The position numbers and the translations under genes are program-made. The notes under the pieces are model-generated. The model searched no databases and was not told the origin of the DNA. It saw nothing but the letters and a program-made list of their open reading frames with translations. A stretch of DNA of 64,000 nt from Octopus bimaculoides (lineage: Eukaryota). This document shows, piece after piece, positions 24,514-35,906 of the stretch. The DNA lies in contig NC_068982.1 in the NCBI RefSeq assembly GCF_001194135.2, positions 168,762,281-168,826,280 of the forward strand. The letters are read 5' to 3'. Positions within the stretch are counted from its first letter, which is position 1, and the number at the start of each line of letters is the position of its first letter.

Positions 24514-27500
24514 ACTCTCTCTCCAGATATACTTTCAAACTCAATTGTAGACATGCTAGCATTGAGAAAGAGAAATAATGTAAGGTAATATTTGTCTAAG
24601 ATGTTATCTATGTCATAATTAGACATTAGGGCATATTTCAATAAGTTGGAAGCCCCAATTCCAGAATGTATTAGAATACACGACAAAGTAAAACACAATG
24701 AGAATCAATGACAAATTTTGTTTATATTTCATCGGAAATTTATAATTATATTTGGCAGTTTGTAGCTGTTTCTTAGTTGTAGGTTTTTAAAATAGATTTG
24801 AAATGGTTATTCTGAAACAAATCTAAGACTTTACATGATCAGAGAAACACCATACAATGTATATGATAACCTGATTTGATTTCAGCTGAAGAAGTACATG
24901 TTCACAACGCAGAAAACTCCTAAATTGTCAGAAATCGCATTAGCTGCTTGCATTATAAACGCTGACAAACACAAATCCACTTTACTATGTTATAAGCGAT
25001 CGAAAATTTACCAAGCGACATTTTGTATTCTTGTAATGCAATTCTTACTTGGCTATGAGAAGTCTGACTCGAAACTAGTTATATCTAATTAAGTCTGCGT
25101 ATATAATACCTATCCCAGCACGAAAGACGACACTCGTGGCACTTATCTACATCCACACACACACAGGCTCATGTTACATATACACACTTGCACGCATTCA
25201 CAAATACACAGTTACGTACACAATAAGCATACGTATCCAAAGAAAGATACAAATGGTTATAAAGAGATTGAATATCTAAATCGCACATGCTTCAATAACA
25301 CAAGCTTTCCCCTATATGTATGTTTACGTGTATGTGTATATACATTAGTAAATAAATGCATATGTAAGTATATATACATATGTGTGTCTGAATGCATATA
25401 TGTGTGTATATGTGTATAAACAGAAACAAAATTTAGAATGTTAGATATTGTTGTATGCTCACAGTGAACCAACTGCAAATACGACACAGCGTATCACAAA
25501 CATATAAAAGTGAAAATTAGACATATAAATGAAGATATTCAAATATATAGATGGGCGTATATGGTTAAGTAGATACAGATAAACCTAAACGATTCATTCA
25601 AAAAAGCTTAGATACACACATTCACACACGCTCACACGTGCGCGCGCATACGCACAAAGGCACATTATTCATATTTGTACACAATGTTTGTCGACATATT
25701 CATTTTCTATTTCCCTATCTCTCTCTTTATCTCTCCATACATGCATGTATACGTACATACAGATACATGTACATAATATTAAGATATATTTATATAGACG
25801 TGCTACTAGGTACACACACATATTGCTAGACAAATGCATATAAAATATACAGACATGCACAAATGTATCCTGTCACACGTTTGTGCATGCTACATTATAC
25901 ACACGGGCTTAAATTAGCACACATACATGTATGTATGTATGTATGTATGTATGTATGTATACACAGATAATCACACAAAAGCGCTCGTACACGCACACGT
26001 AGACATAGTGAAATTGCCCGATCACAGACCTTATATCGTCCGTCGATTGCCTATGTTTTTCACTCAGACATAACACTAATAGCAATGATTTCTTAATATA
26101 CACAATAACTGTATACATTTAATTCTTCATTTGTATAAAGTGTTCTATACTTAGTAATGTAAGTTCATATATATATAATTTCGTGTTTTGCTTAAAAGCA
26201 ATGCAGGATGATTTTACGGCTCAAGCCAAATACTGCAAACTACCCCTAATCCTTGTTAGAGTATTCATGCAAATGGAGTCGGGACAGGCTAGTTTGTGCT
26301 TGCATCAAGTGATATAATTTGTAATAATGAAATCAAACCAGATAATAATATTTTGAAATATGCTGTTCGTGTTTACTTTGCGCATGAATAAAATAGAACC
26401 TGAGGGTTAAATACTCACCCTGGCCTTTAACGACGCCCTTGTAACCCATATATATTATTTATGTCGCTGTGTCCACTGAGATGCCTAGATTAGCGATATT
26501 ATTTTCATGATTGCCCCAGAATTGGTTTCAGGACACTTGGGTTTATTACAGGACTTGAGGCTCCTGTTAAAAGGTTTAACGTGCCGACTGGCTGCAATAT
26601 TACTCCCCATGCAACTGTAGCCATGTAGATGAATAGATTGGAGTATATGTATCACGTGATGAAAAGCTTTTAGAACAGATTTAATGAACTTCTTGGCAAT
26701 GGTTTCATGTTGAGGTTCTGTGAAGGACTGAACAAGTCACCATAGCAGTTATTTTACGTCTCAGCTAGACATGGTTCAGGTTTCTGAATAAACTTAATTT
26801 TCTCTTAATCCATTATTTTTCTTGCAGCGTGTTGCAGTTGATTTCATCTTTCTCGAACTATCTTTTAGTTGAGATGCTGAATATTCTGCTACCAATATCG
26901 CTAACATTGTTCAAAAAATAGTCGAACATTGATTTAAATTTTTGTGACTGTAAATGAGATTTTCGTTTTGTTTCATGCATCCCTTGTATTTGTGTATGCA
27001 AAGATTTAATACTGTTGTCACTAATAATATAACTGTCGTTATGACATTCATATCAAGCCTTTAAAGGTCTTTATTTTATGTGTGCTATGTGCGTTTCAGC
27101 TTTTAGAAATAGCTAAGCCATTATATCTGTTCAAGGCTATGTCCATAGTATTATATATAAATATTTCAGTTTACGTAGGTTGAATAAGCCAACAACATTT
27201 CTGTACAGTTAAAGCAGCCTACTGTGACATCAAAGCAACCGTTAGTGACTTTGATTCATGCACATTTCTCAAAGAACAAAGTTTGTTTTCAAACGTAATT
27301 TCCCCGGGGGGGGGGGGTTGTGTGTGAAAATACTTGGCGTTCAGTATTGAATCTTTGTCGCATGTTGAGGCAATGTTTCATGAGTGTCCATGAGTATTTC
27401 GACATATATATAAGGCCATATGGAACCATCAAGTCAAATATGATTTCTTGTGACCCTGTAGAATGTTCATGTCAATAAGGCTTTCAAAACATGTTACTGC

Positions 27501-29016
27501 GGTGGCTTGTCACTAGCTTCACTTTTCACTTCAAACTGTTTGTTGAATTGGAGAATTTTGAGTGTCAAATAACCAGTGACACAAGCTTTTACCAGAAACA
27601 AGATACCAACCACATGTTTCTCAGCAATATTTCGGTAATGCTAACCCTTAAGATGATCTTCGGTCTCAGTGCAGGGGGCAACCATTCGTATGTAGTTTCC
27701 GTCTCTCATATTACGCTCAGAAAGATATATAGAGATGTAAAGTATTCTTATGTGTAAGCGCTTTTAATAAACACACTCCGTCTCACTGCTTCGAGTAAAT
27801 TTTCTGTGATACATAGTGGAAGATTTATTACATTGACGCAAAGTCATTAAATTATATACAGACTTACATGAATTACTTTACTAATTAGAATATGAACAAT
27901 GTTTACTCTAAACAATATTTTATTTTACAACGTTACAAGAACGAAACAAAGCGGTATATGTCTGAAAATGATAAGCTTCATCTATAACACTGACTTTTTG
28001 TAAAGTATTAACCATTATTGACTCTAAGATTGGAAGAAAGAAGGATAGAAAGAATTTTAATTGTCATCTTAAAGAGGAACGTAATGAAAAACTAAAGGAA
28101 TAAGTACTAGAAATTAGGGGTGGAAGATAACTTCAGAGAATAAGGGAAGGGAAGGGACACATTCTAACTTAGCATATTTATAATGTTAAAGCAAAATATA
28201 ATTAAATATATAGATAAAGGCTAGAAGTTACATATAAATTTTTTATAAGTGGATACTTTAAGATATAAGAGAAATATTAGACATTTCATAAATGTAGTGT
28301 ATAGAATATCCTGCTAAAATATTATACGATGAATGTATAACAGAATTATAATATAAATAGATACTCATAGTATACATTATACTGATATTAAAACCATTCC
28401 CGTCTAGAATGGGTGGGTAAAGATAGGATATAATAAGAAATGAGATCTAATGCATAGGGTGAGTAAATTAGAGATATAAATATATAAAGGAATTCATTTA
28501 GATACAATATTTAAACAAATTTAGTCCTATAATTACGTAATGAATATAAATGTATAATTTAAAAAAATTAAAAATCATAATATAAGATTACAGTATACAG
28601 TGAGTTTTATGAAAAAAGTATAAACTGTCAGAAATTTATAAGCTATAAACGGTTTCTTTGCAATAATGTAATGTTTTCATTAATCAATTAAAGGAGTCGC
28701 TTGAAACGGCCGTAATGAATTGACACCAGTACCTCTTAGTTACTCATTTATATTTTATTCACCTACCCTGGAGTCTGCACTTCGGAAATTTTATACAAAG
28801 TACTTTTATATACAGTACATGTCTGAACAGCCAAAGAGCGGATCTCTTCACTGAGTTGCGTTGTGTTATCTACATACACTGCAAGAATACCAAGTGCAAA
28901 CACTTATGCACAGAGTTTGATATTCACCTGATATTGTTTGGGTATACAAATTAGATCGACCTAACAACGTGCCTCAATTTAAGTACCCAATTCAACTGAA
29001 TATTAATTATATTATA

Positions 29017-29933
29017 TATTGGCTCATCCCATAAATAATGCGGCTTTTTTATACTTGTTTTATTTTTAAATTTAAAATAAACAAAGTTCTTTTTAATCTC
29101 CAATACATTATCCTTCACTTTCTACCATGCTCTTCCATCTATCTGGTAACTTGCAAGGCCTCTCTTCCAAAATTCACTTGTTCGTGACGAAAAATACTCC
29201 TCCAGTACTGTTCTGATCTCGTCTAGAGAATTCATATTTTTTCCGTCCAAATGATTCTGCAGAATAAATGATAATCAGATGAGGCAATGTCCGACGAATA
29301 TGGTGGATGGGACATCGTTCCCCATTCAAACTTCTCCAGCCTTTGGAATGTCATCTTCGCTGTAGGTGGTCGAGCATTATCCCGATGGAAGAACACCTTT
29401 CGTCTTGAAACCAAAGATGGTTTCGGTTTTCTTCTAGCGCTGACTTGAATGAATGGTTAAATGACCAAATCCAAGCTTCTCTGCTAGATCCACAACAGTT
29501 ACGATGGGGTTTTATTCCACCAGGGTTTGTAGGACTTCCTCGTCTAGCTCTACAGTTCTTCCAGAACAAGGCTCGTCTTCTAGGCTGTAGTTTCCGGCTC
29601 AGAATTTCTGGAACCACCGTTGACACTGGCTTATGCATATTTTCCGATCTCCATTTACTGCATTAATATTCCTCGCACTTTCCGTTGCGTTATTGCCTTT
29701 ATTGAACTCATAAAGCAAAATATGCCGAATATGCTCCTTTGCCACTTCCATTATAGCTTTGAAAAATACAACTTAAAATCGAACTGCAATCTTCAAAACT
29801 TGCACTAAGAATAAGACAAGTTAAAATTACTATCTGCTTTTATAGCAAGTTGATGCAGGTAGTTTGTCCCATCCCTCACGGACTTTTAGTTATGCAATTT
29901 AAAAAACCGCATTATTTATGGGATAACCCAGCA
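29017..29933 (-). mobile_element. Internally deleted mariner transposon (DD34D type)
   Basis: ~30-bp TIRs ttggctcatcccataaataatgcggctttttt / aaaaaaccgcattatttatgggataaccca. ATG at 29751 reads MEVAKEHIRHILLYEFNKGNNATESARNINAV..CQRWFQKF*AGNYSLEDEP.SGR. After a deletion: FHRDNARP..MSHPPYSSDIASSDYHLF. Contains stops and frameshifts. Confidence 0.92.
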
Positions 29934-29936
29934 CAT

Positions 29937-29995
<59 letters not shown>

Positions 29996-30118
29996 TAAAA
30001 AGGTTGAATTTAGATTCGTCCTTTAATTTGGAGATTTCCCAAAAAGATTTCTAATATTGATTCTTCATATTTTAATGATAGTTTACAGGCGTGCATATAT
30101 ATGCGAATATGAAAATAA

Positions 30119-30313
30119 TACTTGTATATGATGTGTTGTGAATTTGTGGAAAGAAATCCCATAAAACTCAACAACTTTAAAATGGATGAGAGAAGTTATT
30201 AAAATATATAAGAACATTTTAATTCATGCAGACGATTGTTTCGTACATAGAAATAAAAATAATGCAAATTCATGATTAAATTGAATTAAATTAAATTAAT
30301 TAAATTAATTAAT
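30119..30313 (+). repeat. Paralog of 31204-31251 + 31665-31812; the empty site for the family A insertion
   Basis: Contiguous here, with a single agaaatcccataaa (30152-30165); split by the fold-back element in the downstream copy. Confidence 0.85.
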
Positions 30314-31112
30314 TATATATCAATGTACTCTTCAGTGCAAGAAGTATAAGCAATTTTTTTTACAAAGAACTTCAGAAAGGAAATAGCAGAATAGAATCTT
30401 GGAGATTCATATTTATCCTTATGAGAAAAAGAGATGTGAGTCCAGTTAGGTATGGTTAGCACACGTATATATATACATGCACACATACATACATACATAC
30501 ATACATACATGCGTAGTGAGATTGCGTGTAAGGGAATATTATTTATTTCGTAATAGTAGCATGAATGTAGCATATGCTAAGAATAAAATTAAGGATATCT
30601 ACATTTGCACAACATGCTTGTGGACACAAAAGAGATAAATGGTCAGAAAAAAATTCACTACATAATTTACCTCGTATATACAAAAGTATGTTTATATATA
30701 AGATTAATATAAAGAGTAGAAAGAAAGACAATGAAAAGAAAACGGAATACAATGAAAGAGATATATGGAACATTTTCCTCAGGCCAGCCACATAAGGTTG
30801 ATTTGACAGACGAAATAGTAATATTGGTTGAATACACCAGAATATATTTATGGTGTTTACTGCATTACATGAATGCCAGAGCTATACAATTTCAGCATAA
30901 ATATAATGCTTTTATATCATGTGCTCCAAAGAGCAATCGAAGCTCTGAGATAGACGTAGCGATGTTATTTAAAAGTACCACACAGCAGACAAACTTATTT
31001 CAGGTGATATTTAAGAGAAGATTTCTTTCTTTTATACGACGTATCATTAATTGAACTACAAAACCTGTTCTATCTTTTCATAAGCTAATTAGCTTATGAA
31101 ATATGTTAAGTG

Positions 31113-31170
<58 letters not shown>

Positions 31171-31304
31171 AACATATATACATACATACATACATACATA
31201 TATATACTTGTATATGATGTGTTGTGAATTTATGGAAATAAATCCCATAAATTATTTACATTATTTACATTTGACGGATATTCGTCCTCATCTTGTTTGT
31301 TGTT

Positions 31305-31350
31305 AACACAACGTTTCGGCTGATATAACCTCCAGCCTTCGTCAGGTGTC
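31305..31350 (-). ncRNA. Minimal type I hammerhead ribozyme motif (family A)
   Basis: Minus strand: GACAC-CTGACGA-A-GGCTG(gaggttatat)CAGCC-GAAA-C-GT-T-GTGTT. Confidence 0.7.
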
Positions 31351-31412
31351 TTGGTTCCGAGTTCGATTCACGGCAGCGACCTGATTAATAATAGTAATAA
31401 TAATAATAATAT

Positions 31413-31485
<73 letters not shown>

Positions 31486-31529
31486 GTAACATCGATAGGA
31501 ATGAGAACCCAGGTTCGAAATTTCCCCAA

Positions 31530-31575
31530 GACACCTGACGAAGGCTGGAGGGTATATCAGCCGAAACGTTGTGTT
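31530..31575 (+). ncRNA. Minimal type I hammerhead ribozyme motif (family A)
   Basis: GACAC-CTGACGA-A-GGCTG(gagggtatat)CAGCC-GAAA-C-GT-T-GTGTT. Confidence 0.7.
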
Positions 31576-31830
31576 AACAACAAACAAGATGAGGACGAAT
31601 ATCCGTCAAATGTAAATAATGTAAATAATGTAAATAATTCCTCATCTCTTAAATATAGAACTGTATAAATCCCATAAAACTCAACAATTTAGTTAAAAAT
31701 GGAGAAGAGAAGTTGTTAAAATATATGAGAATTTTAATTCATGCAGACGATCGTTTCGTACAGAGATATAAAAAAATGCAGATTCGTGATTGAATTGAAT
31801 TGAATTAATTAAATAGGTATAGATATATAT

Positions 31831-32932
31831 AGTGCCCCGCTGTGATATGGTGGGCCCTCAGTAGACTAGGAATTGACGAGTGAAAGCTGTACAGGACATG
31901 TACAAAGACACTGTTAGTAAGTTGAGAGTTAACCACGAGTACAGCGAAGAATTTGATGTACAGGTAGGGATCCATAAAAGACAAGTCCTTAGTCCCCTCC
32001 TTTTCATCATTGTCCTCGAGGCCATGACAGAGGAATTCAAGACCAACAGCCTCTGAGAACTTTTATATCATGGTGATCTGGCCTTCATAGCAGATTCCAA
32101 GAAATTTCAAGTGTAGAAGCAAAACATGGAATCTAGGGGCCTCAAGGTTAACTCAGCAAAGATTAATGCCCTAGTAAGCAAGAAAACTGACAGAACCATA
32201 TCTTCCTCAGGTAGGTGGCCAAATTCGATTTGTACGAAAGATGTAGGCAGGAACTCCATACGGTTTACCCAGTTTAAGCCATGGTCATACAAGAAGTGCA
32301 GTGGATTAATAAGAAGGTTATCAGAGAAGATAGTTTTCGTAAGTGGAAGATGGATGCACAGGATCCATAAAAACTTCAGAGACTCGGGAAATTTATTCTC
32401 TCAAGTGCTCTGGTGGCTCATTAGAGGTAGCAGATAATTTCTGCTAACTATAGGACCAAATTAATAGCGTGGTTGGATGCATGGAGTGTGATAGCTAGAA
32501 TAAGAATAAGATGGAGGAAATTCACAGAAAGGTTTCTCTCTCCGGATGAAAGGAAGATTGTATGATGCATGTATAAGGACAGCAATTCTACATGGTAGTG
32601 AAACGTGGGCCCTGAATGCAGAGGACATACGAAGGCTAGAAAGAAATGAGGGTAGTATTTTCCGCTGGATGTGTAATGTAAATGTACATATTCGACAGAG
32701 TGCTTTAAGAGAGAAGTTAGGCATCAAAAGGAATTAGTTGCTGTGTGCAAGAAAGAAGACTGCGCTAGTTTGGTCATGTGACGCGGATGGACAGCTCCAC
32801 AAAGAAGTGTCTATCTCTCAAAGTAGATGGGACACAAGGAAATGGAAGACCCAACAAGATATGGATGAAGTGCAGAACCTTTCAGGTGAGATGACAAAGG
32901 ACCGAGATGCCTGACACGTTGCTGTACTAAAC
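31831..32932 (+). mobile_element. RTE-clade LINE remnant, 5'-truncated (RT and C-terminal region)
   Basis: Frameshifted translation: KAVQDMYKDTVSKLRVNHEYSEEFDVQVGIH..VLSPLLFIIVLEAM..ESRGLKVNSAK..MKGRLYDACIRTAILHGSETWALNAEDIRRLERNEGSIFRWMCNV. Confidence 0.92.
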
Positions 32933-33469
32933 AACATATATATATATATATATANNNNNNNNNNNNNNNNNNNNNNNNNNNNNNNNNNNNNNNNNNNNNN
33001 NNNNNNNNNNNNNNNNNNNNNNNNNNNNNNNNNNNNNNNNNNNNNNNNNNNNNNNNNNNNNNNNNNNNNNNNNNNNNNNNNNNNNNNNNNNNNNNNNNNN
33101 NNNNNNNNNNNNNNNNNNNNNNNNNNNNNNNNNNNNNNNNNNNNNNNNNNNNNNNNNNNNNNNNNNNNNNNNNNNNNNNNNNNNNNNNNNNNNNNNNNNN
33201 NNNNNNNNNNNNNNNNNNNNNNNNNNNNNNNNNNNNNNNNNNNNNNNNNNNNNNNNNNNNNNNNNNNNNNNNNNNNNNNNNNNNNNNNNNNNNNNNNNNN
33301 NNNNNNNNNNNTTACCGAAATCATCAGGAATGTTGTGTTAAGTTGATCAGAAAACTGTTACTGGTTTGAATGCATAGAGATAATGAGAAAAAATACACTA
33401 CGTAGAATAGTATGACAAAAACAACGACAAATATATGAATAACTAAGAATAAGGATACATATATACAAA

Positions 33470-33470
33470 C

Positions 33471-33535
<65 letters not shown>

Positions 33536-33550
33536 CATAGATAGATAGAT
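33470..33550. repeat. (GATA)n microsatellite
   Basis: Direct reading. Confidence 0.95.
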
Positions 33551-33551
33551 A

Positions 33552-34097
33552 TGTGGTTTAGAGTCAAGATTTGACTGCTATTTTCAGCGTGGCGGTATCT
33601 CTTAGTTACTCTATGTTATAATTTTAGATAATTGTTACTTTTGGTGGTTTTTATTCCCATGCTGGCCACTTGATAAAATCGATATTTTATATATCGATCT
33701 TATCCTTATTTATATAAATTTATTTCGTCATTATATTTACTGCGGTGATATTCTGACCATATCGCACGAGGAGTTTTTTAGGCGGGCAATTTAAACTGGT
33801 CGTCTGCATACGTGCAGATATATGTATACGTTCGTATGTGTAAGTATATCGTATGTTTATATATATATATATATATTTGTATTTATGTGCTTTTCTGAGT
33901 GTATTCCACTGATGAGGCAAAGCATTTCTTATGCAAAGCCAGAAATCCGGGATCTGCAATTATCCAGTAATTTTTGCTAGCTTATTTTGTCTTCGTCTTC
34001 GCTCTCTGTGCTATATGAACATTTATTGTGGTTTAGAGTCGAGATTTGACTGCTATTTTCAGCGTGACGGTATCTCTTAGATACCCTATATTATAAT
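33552..34097 (+). repeat. 71-bp direct repeat pair (33552-33622 and 34027-34097), period 475
   Basis: tgtggtttagagtc(a/g)agatttgactgctattttcagcgtg(g/a)cggtatctcttag...ttataat occurs twice. Related, in reverse, to the dispersed family at 51.7 kb. Confidence 0.85.
33903..33960 (+). ncRNA. Type I hammerhead-like motif (family C)
   Basis: ATTCCA-CTGATGA-GGC aaa GCAT ttctt ATGC aaa GCC-a-GAAA-TC cgg GA-T-C-TGCAAT. Stems I (5/6 bp), II and III all pair; there is one extra A before GAAA. Confidence 0.55.
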
Positions 34098-34249
34098 CCC
34101 CACATTTTCATACTTTCACACCTACATACACACATGCATACGTTAAGATCACCAGCATTCTCTCACACACACGCACCTTCGTTTTGGGATCACTACTACT
34201 TGTTATCTCCCCTTCTTCTTAACTCCCCTGTGTGAGCCTTCTGTCCGGC

Positions 34250-34440
34250 ATTCGCCATGATAGATCGCTGACCACTACACATATCTTTTTCTCTCCTTGT
34301 TTCTTTTTGTGTTCCTTTCTGTTGAAGTGCGTAGGCTCGAAACGTTAAAGACTTTCTCTATTCCCGAGCGTTATACTAATACATCCATTTGTTGTTTACA
34401 CCACCTGTCTTCGTCTGTTGGTGTTTCGTGAATTCTCCCT
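34250..34440 (+). mobile_element. Short repeat of Penelope pLTR type (family B, copy 1)
   Basis: Homologous to the reverse strands of 38778-38912 and 53468-53665. Ends at (TA)n. Hammerhead-like fold at 34315-34350. Confidence 0.7.
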
Positions 34441-34447
34441 ATATATA

Positions 34448-34483
<36 letters not shown>

Positions 34484-34964
34484 TGTATGTGTATTCATCA
34501 TTAATATGATTTTCACTGTTGAATTTCGTTTTCGGAGAACATCACCCTTCAGAGACAATGTGCGCGTGTTGAGAATACACATGGTTCAGTAACGTAGCGG
34601 ACTCTGAGACGTCAGTGTTTCGGCATCATTGTGCCTTCTAAGTCAGAGACACCACTTGGAATTCTGAAGTTAAGAAAGTTAGCTAACAAAATATTTTCTG
34701 ATACGCGCTAAACGCTGCCAAGCTGATATTAAATTACTGTGCACATGCAATGCAGCTACATTCAAGACAATGATGCGTATATTTATTCTAAACACGTTCC
34801 GATAGATTTGGACGAGAATGTACTTTTCGCTCTTTTGCATATTCACGTCGAAATCAGCCGAGAATGTTAAGAATTAACATATATTATTGGTTTGTTTCTC
34901 GCTTCTTAGCTAGCTGTTAATAACTTGCAAAATATACATGTATTTATCTATGTATATATTTATG

Positions 34965-34968
<4 letters not shown>

Positions 34969-35037
<69 letters not shown>
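34969..35037. repeat. (GATA)n microsatellite
   Basis: Direct reading. Confidence 0.95.
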
Positions 35038-35040
<3 letters not shown>

Positions 35041-35422
35041 TTGAGCTGGTCACCTGATGTTAGGTAAATTCTGGCCATGATCGGTCTCGGTATTGATTTA
35101 ATCTGATGCAAAAAAAAAACACGTAAGATATTTAAAAATAATATATGTATTATGCATACACATAAAATAATATTATAGAGACTACTGAAAAATATTATTG
35201 AACTGGAGATATATAATATATGATTAATACATAATGCATAAATACAACCTAAATCTTCTTCAGCAGGGAGACATGGCTACGTCTCGAGGAATGTAATAAA
35301 TGGTTATTTAAAATTTTTCGGAGATTTTTAATACGCTTAACCAGCATTACATTATGGTAATTCTAAAAAATAATTGAACCAATTGAAATAACTCAAATTT
35401 ATCAATCCCATGAATATGGATA

Positions 35423-35906
35423 TATTCTTTTCTACTTTAGGCACGAGAAACTGAAATTTTGGGGGAGGGGGGGCAATCGATTAGATCTACCAGAGTACGT
35501 AACTGGTACTTAATTCATCGACCTCGAAAGGATGAAAGGCAAAGTCGACCTCAGTGGAATTTGAACTCAGGACGCAAAAACAGACGAAGCACCGCTAAGT
35601 ATTACGCCCGGCGTGCAAACGTTTCTTATTTCTTTACTTCCCACAAGGGGCTACACACAGAGGGAACAAACAAAGGCAGACAAAAGGATTATGTCGATTA
35701 CACCGACCCCAGTGCGTAACTGGTACTTGATTTATCGACCCCGAAAGGATGAAAGGCAAAGTCGACCTCGGTGGAAATCGAACTCACAACGTAGCNNNNN
35801 NNNNNAGGCAAAGTCGACCTCGGTGGAAATCGAACTCACAACGTAGCGGCAGACGAAATACAGCTAAGCATTTCGCCCGGTGTGCTAACGTTTCTGCCAG
35901 CTCGCC
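35423..35906 (-). mobile_element. Two head-to-tail copies of the major SINE (35423-35626 tail C; 35627-35906 tail B)
   Basis: Both carry gaaaggatgaaaggcaaagtcgacctc..ggaa.t.gaactca on the plus strand. A 10-N gap with a 42-bp flank duplication lies inside the second copy. Confidence 0.88.

Larger units (their letters stand above)
31252..31664. mobile_element. Fold-back element of Penelope pLTR type (family A, locus 2) with 14-bp TSD
   Basis: Left arm 31252-31354 is the reverse complement of part of right arm 31488-31664. Central (AAT)n at ~31385-31483. Exact TSD ataaatcccataaa at 31238-31251 and 31665-31678. Confidence 0.85.

Noticed and set aside
35754-35847. 42-bp exact repeat inside a SINE
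   Set aside because: Flanks a 10-N gap on both sides, a classic negative-gap overlap artefact.
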